This document shows, one piece after another, positions 28,780 through 42,960 of a stretch of 64,000 bases of DNA. The notes below the pieces were generated by a model, which had not been told where the DNA came from, did not search any database, and saw nothing but the letters and a program-made list of their open reading frames with translations. Positions within the stretch are counted from its first letter, which is position 1. Each line of letters starts with the position of its first letter. This stretch comes from the human T2T-CHM13v2.0 reference genome, Homo sapiens: assembly GCF_009914755.1 (NCBI RefSeq), contig NC_060944.1; one strand, 5' to 3'. A program made the position numbers and the translations under genes.

Positions 28780-30225
28780 AAGCAACAGTTAAAAAGTTGA
28801 AAGTGGTTACCTCACCCGTATGCTAGGTAAATTGGACAAACCATCACACTGAAAGTTACTAGAAAATCTGGAGAAGAATTAACTGATGAAAGGCATTGGC
28901 GAGCTAACAAACTAGTGAAGAATTGTGGAGTCAAAATACAGGAGAAAAAAAAACTGAGTTTTTTCTCTGGAGAGGAGTGCCAATTCTGGAAAAGGTGACT
29001 GAGAGACATTTAAACTGTGTTTTCAGCTCCAAGGAATTGAAAAGACAACAATTGAAGTTCAAATCCCAATAAGCGGTGAAACTCCAACTTTGGTTAGAAC
29101 CTTAAAAGGCTATACCTTAAGAGAAAAGGCCAGCTAGAAGTAAACCCACCCTCCCTCTTACAGACTAAACTTAGCTGTAAATCATCTCAATCCCTAAAAT
29201 TAAACTAACGTGATCTCAGATTACTGGGGACCTCATTCCTTTGCCAGAAAATATTATAAATCCCTCAGAATGAAGGTAACATTATCCTAGTCCTCAAATT
29301 ATTTCTGTAATTTTTCATGAACAAGGACAGGCTGTCAATAAAAAAATAACCATCTAAATGAGGGAACATAACAACGTGAATGAAAAACCACAGACAGTAG
29401 AAACATACCCAAAGAAGTTCTAGATAACAAAGATTTCAGATACACATTTCTAAATAACTACACTTGGGATATACAAGGAGAGAAAATGTCATAAATTTTG
29501 GCAGAGAGTTAAAAACTATGAAGAAATGGAAATTTTAGAAATGAGAAGCAAAGTAACTGGTATTCAGAACTCAATGCACATAGATTTAACTGCAGATTAG
29601 ACTCAAACAATAAAAAATGAGGGAACTGCATAGAAGTCATAAAGAAAAAAATTCAGAATAAATCATAGAGAGACAAAGGAATGAAATAGAGGAGTGGGTG
29701 TAAAAGATGTAAGATATACAATGAGAAGGTTTAACCTACGTGTATTGGAAGAGAAGAGAGAGGACACAGAAATAGCTGAAGAGATGATAGCTGACAATTT
29801 TCAAAACTGATGAAAGACATTAAGTCTCAGATTCAAGAGTATCTACAAACCCCAAGCAGAATAAACAAAAATGAGCCCACACATATTAAAGCACATTGTA
29901 GTAAAATTGATACAAACCAAAGAGAAAATAACAGATTACCTTGAAAGGAGCAACAATTAGACTGATATCTCACTGTTGAACAGAAATAATGGAAAGCAAA
30001 ACAAAGTGGCATCTTTAAGTACTAAAAGAAAATAACTTCCAATATAGAATACTATATCTAGTGAAAATATTCAAGGATGAAGCTGAAGCGAAGATATTTA
30101 CAGACACAAAAAAAATTGACAGAATTTGTCATCAACTGAAATGATGAAAGAAAATGCTACAAATTACTATATCCTAAAATAGAAGGAAATGATCCCAGAT
30201 TAAAAGCCAGAAAGTAACGAATGGG
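28780..30225 (+). mobile_element. Ancient L1M 5' region/ORF1 relic
   Basis: gagatgatagctgacaattttcaaaactgatgaaagacattaag...cagattcaagag...aaacccaagcagaataaa ORF1 motifs. Confidence 0.7.
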
Positions 30226-31420
30226 GAAAAATTAATTTTAAACTCTTCTCTTTTCACTTAATGCCTTTATTACTAGTTCTTATTTTTTTGTATTAATGTT
30301 GTTACCTCTACCTTCTTTTTTTTCATTTGTTTGGCATATTTTTCTCATTCTCTTATATTTAAATTTTTGGGGTTTTTGTGGCTTTTTTCTGATAAGCAAT
30401 ATTATTGGATTTCTAATGCAATCTGAGAGTTTATATGTTTAACTATGGGATTTTATCTTAATTTAATTTATTTAACACTGATATTTATGATTTGTCTTCT
30501 TTCATTTTTTTCTGTACTTTCTCATTAAAACCACACACTAGGCAGTCTCCTCATCTCTGTGAACCATGAAATTTGATACCTTCGGTGGTCTGACACAATT
30601 GCCACAATCTTAACTCAATGTGCAATAGGTTGAACTACCCAAGTCCCAATCTAAGATCCAACCTGAGGTGACACTGATGAACAAGGGAATAGAGACGGTA
30701 AAGCAGAGTTAATCTACTAACAGATTATCCCAAATGTGTGCAAATTAGTGTATGGTTTAGGCTAAGCATTTAAAAATGCTTCTGTGAACCAAATCATGCA
30801 AAATGCCAAATGTTTACTCTCCTTTAATCTCTTAAAGTTGCCAATTTTTATTTCTACTTTGAATTCTGTTTTATGGTGCAAGCATAGTCTCTTTTTTTGT
30901 ACAAATATTTATGATCAATTTTACCCTTCATGATTTTGTTTCTCAATATTTTTATTCCTCTATTAGTCATCTAAAGTTTTTCAAAGGCACTCTTTAACTT
31001 CTATGCCTCTAATTGCCAAAGTCAAAAAGGAAATTTTATTATTTGAGTGTTGCTTTTTGAAACCACCAATTTAGCCACACTTTTGCTTGTCTTCCTCCCA
31101 TCTTTGTTAATATAATCTGGGTTTTAAAAGCAAATGACTGTTATGACATGGTTATTTTCATGTTATATACCTTACTTTTAGAGAATGGTTTTTTATATTT
31201 GCATTTAGCTTTATAATCAAACATACCATAATTGCTTGACATCTCTATTTTAACTGTTTTTTAACAGTTTCAGTCTTTTTCTTTGCTATGATTACCCCAA
31301 TTTTAGCTCTTTATTTTGTGCTTTTCTGCCAATAAGAACACATCTTTAGATAGACACATTGATTCTGCATCTTTGAATCCCTGAAATTTAGGAAGTATTT
31401 TGTGTTATTTTCATTCATAA

Positions 31421-31825
<405 letters not shown>

Positions 31826-31979
31826 AAATTACATCATTTATTTCTGACATTTAGAGTTGACAGTGAAAATTTAGATCAGCTTGATGTTTTTCTTCCCTTA
31901 AAGACAACTTTTTAAATTTGGGAGTGAGTGGCCTATTGGGGTATTTATTTTTCCTTTATCCTAAAAATTCAAAATTGTT

Positions 31980-32272
31980 GGCCGGATGCGGTGGCTCATG
32001 CCTGTAATCCCAGCACTTTGGGAGGCTGAGACAGGTGGATCATGAGGTCAAAAGCTCGAGACCATCCTGGCTAACATGGTGAAACCCCATCTTTACCAAA
32101 AATACAAAAAATTAGCTGGGCGTGGTGGTGGGCGCCTGTAGTCCTAGCTACTCAGGAGGCTGAGGCAGGAGAGTAGCATAAACCCAGGAGGTAGAGCTTG
32201 CAGTGAGCCGAGATCGTGCCACTGCACTCTAGCCTGGGTGACAGAGCGAGACTCCGTCTCAAAAAAAAAAAA
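31980..32272 (+). mobile_element. Alu (AluY/AluSc-like)
   Basis: gaccatcctggctaac and gagcttgcagtgagccgagatc diagnostics; TSD aaaaattcaaaattgtt. Confidence 0.95.
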
Positions 32273-32919
32273 AAAATTCAAAATTGTTTACAATCTACAT
32301 TTAGTTATAGGTCCCTTATTGAATGATTCCAATCTGCATGAAATATATCTTTCTTCACATCAGGAAAAATGAATCCATTATCTCCTTAATAGAACAGAAA
32401 TATTAGTGCATAGGAATGCTCTTCCCACTGTCACGTCTCCATTTCTGTATGTATCTTACTCTTTCACAGCTGCCCCCTTTGCTTGTCATTTTCCTCCACA
32501 TTTTCAAGCTTGTGGTCCATATCACTAATTTGGCTTTAAGCTGTATTATTTAGGCGTCATGCTGCCTCTGAAGTGGGGTTTAAATCTGCAGTTGTGTGTT
32601 TAGTTTCCTAATAATTCTTCCTTATCTCACTTCAAAGTTTATCTTTTTATCTTGTAATCACAGTCTATTTCTTCGATGTGGTTCTCATTGCATAGAACCA
32701 GGCACTTTTCCTGGAAGAGTCCACAGTCCTTGCTCCTCCGTGGAACTTTAAGACATTTGTACTAACTGCTCAGCAAGGCCACCAGCTGCTGTAACAATTC
32801 CTGACGCCCTAGACACAGACTCTACATGAAAACAGGAGCCTGATTTAAATGGAACTTGGAAGTCTTTAGCACTACTTATTTCCTAGTTTGCTTTGAATGT
32901 ACCAAGACCTAATCAATAG

Positions 32920-33015
32920 ATCATTCATTAACAAATGTTTATTGAACACCTGCTATGTGCTTGGTATTGAAGATAGTGAGCAAAAAAGCCTGATCTCTCC
33001 CTCAAGAAGCTTTCA
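32920..33015 (-). mobile_element. L2 3' end
   Basis: tcattcattaacaaatgtttattgaacacctgctatgtgc. Confidence 0.75.
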
Positions 33016-33054
33016 TCTTTATTCATTATTCAATACTCACAAAAACAAATACAC

Positions 33055-33548
33055 CTCCCAAGACCTACTCTCTCACATCCTCTCTGCCAATTCATTTCAT
33101 CAGCTATTGCTGCAGCAACCAACTGCACACAGGTGGGATGACAGCACCTTGCCTCAGCTATTAATATATCAAGCACCGCTTGTCTTCTGCTCCAGCGTTT
33201 CTCTGGAGCAGTTACAGTGAAAGAACAGGAATCCATTCACCCATTCTGATGCATATGTCAACCTGAAGAATGTGGAAGTTAGTACCCTACTTCACCGATA
33301 GGGTACAGGAGCCAATGTAAATGCTCCTTTCTTTTGTCCCGCAGGTGGACATTTTTGAGGTTCATTCTACATGGCTCTTTGGAGAGTCCTTAGCAGGACA
33401 AGCCTACTGCAGTGACCAACTCATTAACACACTTTCGATTGACTTTCCCTCCTGTCATGTCTCAGTCTTTCCAGTCTCCACCTCCTGTTCCCTGGGATCA
33501 CTCCCCCAAACTATCTAAGCTCTGCTTCTGGGGAACCACAGTCTAAAA
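33055..33548 (+). mobile_element. LTR16-family (ERVL) LTR
   Basis: ctcctgttccctgggatcactcccccaaac...ctctgcttctggggaacc end motif. Confidence 0.7.
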
Positions 33549-33574
33549 TTTAGTTACAAATAGCAAGTGTTTTT

Positions 33575-34500
<926 letters not shown>

Positions 34501-34929
34501 ATGGTAATTAATTGAACATCTCAACCAAAAATGATGAAGTTCCCTTAAAGCTTCCATCCTTAGGCTAGGCAGGGTGGAAAAACAAGAAGTAATAGACACA
34601 GTCTGACATTCAGAGAGGTAATGATTCAGTCATAAAGGTAGAATGCATGAAATATCTGAAAACCTGCTGCTGGCTTCACGAAAGTGTGTTCTGGGTGGAT
34701 AGAACATGAAATAGGAGATCCTCCCAGTCAGAGATACGAGTATTCCACCTAATGCTCTGTGATGATGATGACGGTGATGATGCCGATGATGACAATAACA
34801 ATGACAATAATGATACAAAAGTTAATGTTCACCAAATGGTTTCGATATGACAGGTGTGGTGCTAGTGGTGTTAAAGAATGTGGACTCCATCCTTAGGGAA
34901 CAGGGAAATGTGTCGTGTGTTAAGAAATA

Positions 34930-35567
<638 letters not shown>

Positions 35568-35687
35568 TGATCAGATTTGCACTCTGGGTTTCTATGTAGA
35601 CAAGAGATCAGAGGGTCCAAGTTAAAAAACAAAGAGGAGTAGACCAGTTGAGAGGCTGCTGCAATCATTCAGATATAGGATGGAGCT

Positions 35688-36112
35688 CTGTAGCAGATGT
35701 GGTCAGTAACCTGCTCATGCCCACCGGCTCTCACTGTTGCTGTATATACCCAGGGCATCTCACTGTCTGAGGGCTTTCTCTGACTGTTGAACCATGCTAG
35801 GGCTATGTGCGGGGCAGACCAGAAGTCTTAAGGAGTTAATAGCCCCAGGCATGACCCTCAACAAGAGAGGGGCAGAGATGATAAATACTCCAGGTTCCTC
35901 ATCTCTCAGGTGGGCACCACCAAGTTCCCAGCATGACTGAGCCTCAGCTGCCCACTAATCTGCTCCTTAGTCATCCTGTAGGGCTGCCTTCCCTTCCCTG
36001 TCTCACTTCCCCACTCCCCCACCAGAAACTTCTAAGATCATCTCCCAAATAAACTACTTATACTCAGATTCTTATCTCAGGGTTTGCTTATAGGAGATCC
36101 CAACCTAAGATA
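35688..36112 (+). mobile_element. LTR16A-like LTR
   Basis: tgtagcagatg start; cccaaataaactacttatactcagattcttatctcagggtttgctt...cccaacctaagata end. Confidence 0.75.
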
Positions 36113-36441
36113 AGTCCTTGACCAGGTGGCAGTGGGGCTACAGAGAAGCCTCCAATGTAAGACATATCAGAGGTTGGTGATGTTTCTTATGGGAAGCCAT
36201 GAGACAGCTGGGACTATGGTTTCTTGTACTTTCAACCAGCGAAGGGGCCACCCAAGATCCACAAGAGATCTAGGTTGATGGACACTCAAGGAAAATGAGC
36301 CTGGTTTGTTACCAAGACACCCTAGTCCCAAATTCCATTGTGGAGTCCCCAGCCCTTGTAAATTAGGCTAGATCATGGCAGCCACAGGAACTCATCTTGT
36401 TTCTTTACTCAAACACACACACTAAAGGCATAGTGGTTGTT

Positions 36442-36978
36442 GTAGTAGTTATTTAGTTCTGAGTAACATATTACTGCAAACTTAGTGGCTTAAAACAACA
36501 GTAAGCTTTATTATTTTCACAGTTTCTGTGACTCAGAATTCTGAAGCAACTTAGATGGGTGGTTCTGGCTCAGGGTATTTTATGAGGTTACATCAGATTT
36601 CAGCTGGGGCTGCACTCATCTGAAGGCTCAACTGGAGGGTCCATTTCCAAGGTGGCTCACTCACTGGATGGCAAGTTGGTGCTGACTCTTGCTGGAGAGC
36701 CTCAGCCCCTCTCTATGTGGACTCCTCCCAGGGATACTTGAGTGCCCTTACGACATGGCAGCTGGCTTACCTCCGAATGAGTGATGAGAGAGAGCTAGGT
36801 TGAAACTATCCTTTTGATGACCTAGCCACAGGAGTCACATAGCAGCATTTCCATCACATTCCATAGTTAGAGGCCAGTCACTAAAACAAGCTCACTTTCA
36901 AGGGAAAGATAATTAGTTTACGCCTTTTGAAGGGAAGATTGTCAAAGAATTTGGGGGCATACTTTAAGATCACCACAG
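36442..36978 (-). mobile_element. MLT1E/F-like LTR
   Basis: cttagtggcttaaaacaaca...gtcaaagaatttgggggcatactttaagatcaccaca. Confidence 0.8.
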
Positions 36979-37056
36979 TTGCCTAATTGATCCATTTCCC
37001 TAGATTCTCACCCTAATCTTGAACGTGATGATCTTTCCAATCCTATGACAAGAAAG

Positions 37057-37272
37057 AAGCTGGAAGCCGAGGCAGGGGGATTGCTCGAGCCTGGGAGCTC
37101 GAGGCTGCAGTGAACTATGATGGCATGACTGCACTCCAGCCTGGGTGACAGAACAAGATCCCATGTTAAAAGAAGAAGTGGAGAAGGAAGGAAGGAAGGA
37201 AGGAAGGAAGGAAGGAAGGAAGGAAGGAAGGAGAGAGAGAAAAGAAAAGAGAGAAAAGAAGAGAAGAGAAGG
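37057..37272 (+). mobile_element. Partial Alu/FRAM monomer with (GGAA)n tail
   Basis: ggaagccgaggcagggggattgctcgagcc...ctccagcctgggtgacaga then purine microsatellite. Confidence 0.85.
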
Positions 37273-37619
37273 AAGCTGGCTGGAAAAGATGAACACAAGG
37301 AAATGAGTGTCGAAGTGAAGACAGAAGTTCCTCTTTGAACCAAGAACAGATCTGGTCCAAACTGCCCCTCCCTGGCTTTCTGAGGCACTTCTTACCACAC
37401 CTTAGAGCCCAAGAGATCATGTTTGTGAGGCCCTCCATGGCAAGCAGCAAGAATGGAATCTTCATAATTCAGAAAGAAAATGAGTGTATTGGAAAGTTGC
37501 AGGGATGTTAACAAAATCAAAGAGAAAGATTCTTTTTTCTTCTTCTCTCTGCTTATCTGTTTTCTCAATAGTGAACTTACATTCCTGTTACAAGAAAAAA
37601 ACAATAAAAATGTTTTTAA

Positions 37620-37880
37620 AGAAGGACTCTGAAATTATTAGGTTAAAATAGAAACTCGAATTATATGGTGCTGTCAAGAGACAAACTAAAACAAAACCCA
37701 TTTTTAACTTTGAAAAGTTAAAAATAAATATTTAAAAAAAGTCAAGATTTATCAGGCAAACGCAAAATGGCAAGAATAACAAAATTAGTTTCAGACTACA
37801 TAGAATTCAAGGCATTAAAAGGGAACAAAGAGATTCATTTTATATTGAAGAAAAGTAGAGTCCTTAATGAAGATAGAAGA
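37620..37880 (+). mobile_element. Old L1M ORF2 endonuclease-region fragment
   Basis: tgctgtcaagagac; atcaggcaaacgcaaa; tcagactacatagaattcaaggc. Confidence 0.6.
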
Positions 37881-37965
37881 GATATAGCAGCTGGTCCCAT
37901 GGCCATTAAACATGTTTTATCTCTACTCTAGTGACAGGTGTCAGAGAATCCCTGGGGTTCCTTTA

Positions 37966-38250
37966 AAAGGATAATTCCTATTGAGTTATAAAAAGTGATG
38001 GGATAAAATAAAATTATAAGTGGACTTCATAGTCTCTTAGTAAAATTCAGACTTGAGTTAAAAATGTATGTAAGAAATATAGGCCTCTGAAAAGAGGGAA
38101 CAAAATAGGATTATTCCTATTGAATCATAAAAAGTGATGGGGTAAAATAAAATTATAAGTAGGTTTCATAGTCTTTTAGTAAAATGCAGACTTGAGTTAA
38201 AAAGCTACATAAGAAAAACAGGCCTCTGAAAACTGGGGACAAAACAGGAC
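37966..38250. repeat. Diverged two-copy tandem duplication, period 139 bp
   Basis: ttcctattga...ataaaaagtgatggg...aggcctctgaaaa at 37975 and 38114. Confidence 0.92.
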
Positions 38251-38734
38251 AGTGAAGAAAAAACATGGAATCGGCAGTTGGCTATCTGCAAAGGGCACCT
38301 CCCACTCCCATGTCATGATGGCCTGGGAATGGAAGGAACCAGAAGCACCAACTGAACAGGCCTGGAGTGGGCTGCAGCTACAACCGCCCTGAGGGAGGAT
38401 CTGACTGTGTACTGGGGTGGTAAGGAGGAATTCAGGTTTTGGACAAATGTGTCCATCCAGGTCCGTGTCTCAGACCTTCCAGCATTCTACAGCGTCCTGA
38501 TGCTTCTCCCATTCTTGTCAGGCCAGAGAAGGCCAAGGAAGGCATGGACCGCAGCACAGCAAATCCACATTATGCGGCTGTTTCTTTCTCCAGGAGTCAG
38601 GGACACAACTTGCTGCATGGCTTCCTGCAGGCAGGAAAACAAAAGCAGAAAAAGGCTCAGTCTCCTAGTGCCCTGGAGGAGCCAGAATAGGACACCGGAA
38701 TTCAGGGGTCACAACAGTTAGAGATGCTTCATCT

Positions 38735-39509
38735 GGGACCCAGGGATAGAATTTGGGTAAAATTATACCCTTTTGGAAAAACTATACCCTTTTGTTTTCA
38801 CTTTTCTGTAACTGAAATTGGGCATTTCCTTCATTTGACGATGGAAGCAACAAGCCACAGGAGTGATGGCAGAATTCATGGCTATAACTAAAAGAAATCC
38901 CGGAGTTTCAAGTCACATGACAGCTGGCGCAGATACCTCAGAATGCCACCTCCATTCAGATGGGACTTAAAAATCACAGCCACCTGGCTGCTAGATCTGG
39001 TTATTTAGTACTTAAATAAACATGAACATTTATTATTATGTCATCAATTTTTTTTGAGACAGGGTCTTGCTCCGTTGCCCAGGCTGGAGTGCAATGGCAC
39101 AAGTTTGGCTCACTGCAACCTCCACCTCCCGGGTTCAAGCGATTCTCCCACTCACCTCAGCCTCCCGAGTAGCTAGGATTACAGGTGTGAGCCACCACTC
39201 CCGGCTCATTTTTGTATTTTTAGTAGAGGTAGGGTTTCATTATGTTGGCCAGGTTGGTCTTGAACTCCTAGCCTCAAGTGATCTGCCCGCCTTGGCCTCC
39301 CAAAGTGCTAAGATTACAGGCGTGAGCCACCACGCCCTGCCCATCAATTTGGTTTTTGTAAAAGTATTTTGAGAACTGTTTTTCAGTGTAATTGATTTCC
39401 TTTGCAGTTCTAAATGTTTTATTTTTTAAAGGTAAAATTCTGAAAAGGTTTCATAAGCTTCACCAGATTGTCAAAGGGGTCTGTGGTCCAAAGGAGGCTG
39501 AGACCCCTG
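38735..39509 (+). mobile_element. hAT/Charlie element (Charlie4a-like), split by Alu
   Basis: 3' terminus gcttcaccagattgtcaaaggggtctgtgg...gagacccctg; homologous to 25817-26415. Confidence 0.7.
39048..39341 (-). mobile_element. Alu (AluS)
   Basis: TSD catcaattt on both sides. Confidence 0.95.
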
Positions 39510-40069
39510 ATGATTAGATGCCTTGCCCTCTCCCCACTGCCCCTCAAGCCCCTTAAAGAGGGGAGTAGAGCCAGAGGGCACCAGAACATCTCACCCCACC
39601 CCTCTGCACCCCCAGGAGGAGTGAAGGAACTACAGAATACGGAGTTTTGTGGAATTTGTTAATTCAGTCTTTTTTTCTTTTCTTCTCCCTCTCCTTTCCT
39701 GCTCCCACTTCCCTCATATCACAGCCCTCCAAAGTGACCCATGCTGAGACTACCTAATATGTAATCATCCACATTTGGATCCGTGCTCTTATTTTAATAT
39801 TCAAACATGAATTTGCATATATGCATATACTTATGTATTGACATATATGCATATACATAGCGATTTTCCAGCCTTTTCCCATGCATAAGAGAAGCATCAT
39901 AAATAAATGGAGAAGAGATGGATTTTCTGAGATAATATATACTCAATAATTTTATATGTAATATATTGCCAAAAACTGGAATCACAAGACATATGCCATT
40001 CAAAATGCTGTTTTCTTCTCATTAATGTCCTATTTTTTCTGTAGTGTTGAATTCTATTTAAAAACTGTA

Positions 40070-40783
<714 letters not shown>

Positions 40784-41651
40784 CTACGTGAAATAATCCT
40801 TGCATTATATATTAGGTTGAACTCCATCAAATTGATGTCTTCATGGCTCAAAACTATATTATCAATTTCATATGAGTCAATTAATTAACATTAACATTAT
40901 TCCTGGAGTTATGTTTTCTCTACCACTTTTCCATCAGCCCCTAGTCCAGATTCATATTGTTCTATTTAGTACAGCTCTGTGATATGTTTTAATCTGGTAT
41001 AAGTTTGCCCTCATTTTAAATAAAATGTTCTTACTTATTTTTTTCTTCCAGGGTAACACAAGAGAAATTTAGAATTATTTCACTGATTTCCCATGAAAGT
41101 CCCATTAAGACTTTTCATTAAAACTATTTTAAAATTACAAATGATATATAAAAGAATTTGTATTGTTATTTTTTGCGGTTTCCTAACCAGGACCATAATT
41201 TGATGTTGTACTTATTAAAGTTTTTTTTTTCAAGCTAGTTTCTCAGTGAAACTTTTCATTAAAAAAGAATTGGAGTTCCTACTCATTTTTGGTTACATTT
41301 TTGCTTAGGCTTTTCATACTTTGTTATTGTTACAAATGAAGATTTTCCTTTCTACTTTCCAGGTTATAATTGTTGGCACATAGAAAAACATTTTTCTAAG
41401 ATATTGCTTTTGTATCCAACCACCTAATTTACAATCTCATTTTTAACACGGCATTTGCAATTGATTTTTTTCGTTTCTTGTGTTAAATTATAACATCTTC
41501 AAATAATGACAGTGTTTTTTAAAAAATCCTCTTCTTTTCCAAGTGTTAAAAAATATTATTCCTAACATTTCTTATTAAAATGACCAGAACTCCCAAATTT
41601 TCAAATTAAAAAAGTATTCTGCCTTCTGGTTTTTGTTTTAGTGAGAATGCC

Positions 41652-41988
41652 TGCTGTGATCTAAATGTTGAAATCCTAACCCCCAAGGTGATAGTATTAG
41701 GAGATGGGGCCTTTGGGAGATACTTAGGTCATGAGGAGCCCTCATGATTGGGATAAGTGCTCTTATAAAAGAGACCCCAGAGAGCCGGCTATCCCCTGCC
41801 ACATGTGAGGACACAGCAAGAAGGTACCATCCATGGGGAAGGAGGAGACTTCTTTGTCAGACACCGAATCTGCCAGTGCCTTGATCTTGGACTTTGCAGG
41901 CTTCAGAACTGAAAGAAATAAATTTCTGTTGTTTACAAGCTACCCAGTTGATGGTATTTCATTATCGCAGCCCGAAGGGACTAAAGCA
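41652..41988 (+). mobile_element. MLT1A/MLT1A0 solo LTR
   Basis: TG...CA; gacaccgaatctgccagtgccttgatcttggactt; TSD atgcc at 41647-41651 and 41989-41993. Confidence 0.9.
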
Positions 41989-42187
41989 ATGCCTTTATTG
42001 TTTAAATGTCAGGAATGGCATTCACTGTGATTATAGTAGAATGCTGTTATAATAGTCAGTATAAGTACATTGATGGTCCTAGGCAGTGGTACTCTGCTCC
42101 TGGTTTACAATGAGTTTCCTCTCAGTAATGATGACTGAGTTGTAATTGATTATGCTCAGGATTTATTGAGATGACCATATATTTTCT

Positions 42188-42671
42188 TTTTTTAAGGAAA
42201 ATTTCTATTATTTTAATTATTTTTATGTACAGAAAACTCAACAGCGTACATTTAACCCAGTTTAGTCGCAAGTTCTTTAGCCTTCGCCTTTTTTAGCTTG
42301 GTGATGCAAGCCACAGACTTGGGACCCAGGACATTACCTCCCCAGTGACAGCAGATCTCATCGTATCTGTCGCTGTAATTGGTCCTGATAGTTTCCACCA
42401 GCTTAGCCAAAGCTCCTTTGTCTTCCAAGTTAACCTGTGCGAAGGCAGCAGTGGTGCCTCTCTTCTTGTGGACTAGAAGTCCCAGTCTTGACTTCCCCTT
42501 GATAAAGCAGTAAGGGCCCCCCATTTTTATGCCACAGGGCAGGCAGGAAGACAACCAGCTAGAAGAAAGCACTAGCTGAAGAGCATATTTTGACCAAAAG
42601 CAGTAAATTTCAAAGCTAGCTGGGTAGCAACTGCTCTGGGTTAAAAAGTTCACGTATCTGCCCTTCAAGGC
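42188..42671 (-). pseudogene. RPL7A: Semi-processed RPL7A (eL8) retrocopy: snoRNA remnant + retained intron end + spliced 3' exons + 3' UTR + poly(A)
   Basis: ORF 42252-42668 ends ...[57 protein letters not shown] (RPL7A C-terminus); frameshift near 42526; RPL7A-type 3' UTR; 19-bp TSD agatgac(c/t)atatattttct at 42169-42187 and 42672-42690. Confidence 0.95.
42631..42671 (-). pseudogene. SNORD36A: 3' half of a box C/D snoRNA (U36a-like), non-functional remnant
   Basis: Minus strand ccttgaagggcagatacgtgaactttttaacccagagca matches my recollection of the SNORD36A 3' half; guide complementary to 18S GTTAAAAAGCTC with 1 mismatch; box D CTGA mutated to CAGA. Confidence 0.8.
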
Positions 42672-42864
42672 AGATGACTATATATTTTCTAATGTTTCCT
42701 ATGGGTTTGATGTGTGATATTTAGATTTCTCCATAGCAAGCAATTCTCCCATTCTTGGGTTAGATGCTGTTAGGGGAAGGGTCACTCTGGCAGAGGCAGG
42801 TCTGCACACCTGGGTTGTTGCTTTTGCACACACACACCCGCCCCATTTTACACTGCACACCGCA

Positions 42865-42960
42865 GAACTTCACCGTTTCACACATTCAGAAATGAAGGCC
42901 TCCGTGGTGTAAACAAGTTGCCCAAAGCAACACAGCTTCCAGGACGGAAACCTTTGGATT
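42865..42960 (-). mobile_element. MIR
   Basis: cagaaatgaaggcc...aagttgcccaaagcaacacagct. Confidence 0.55.

Larger units (their letters stand above)
40890..42765 (-). mobile_element. Ancient L1M ORF2 relic hosting MLT1A and the RPL7A retrocopy
   Basis: tttgtatccaaccacct; atttattgagatgaccatatatttt; gcaattctcccattcttggg antisense L1 motifs. Confidence 0.55.

Noticed and set aside
33188-33306. Two 8-bp-stem hairpins (tgctccag/ctggagca; gtacccta/tagggtac)
   Set aside because: Short stems inside a decayed LTR16; too weak to call a miRNA or structured RNA.
34758-34815. His-rich ORF 34630-34818
   Set aside because: Degenerate (GAT)n/(AAT)n repeat.
42121-42140. Box C (atgatga) directly followed by box D (ctga) near the retrocopy
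   Set aside because: Opposite strand, outside the TSDs and no room for a guide; chance match in old L1 sequence.
42631-42671. Functional snoRNA gene
   Set aside because: Box C and the 5' half are missing, box D is mutated and the guide has a mismatch.
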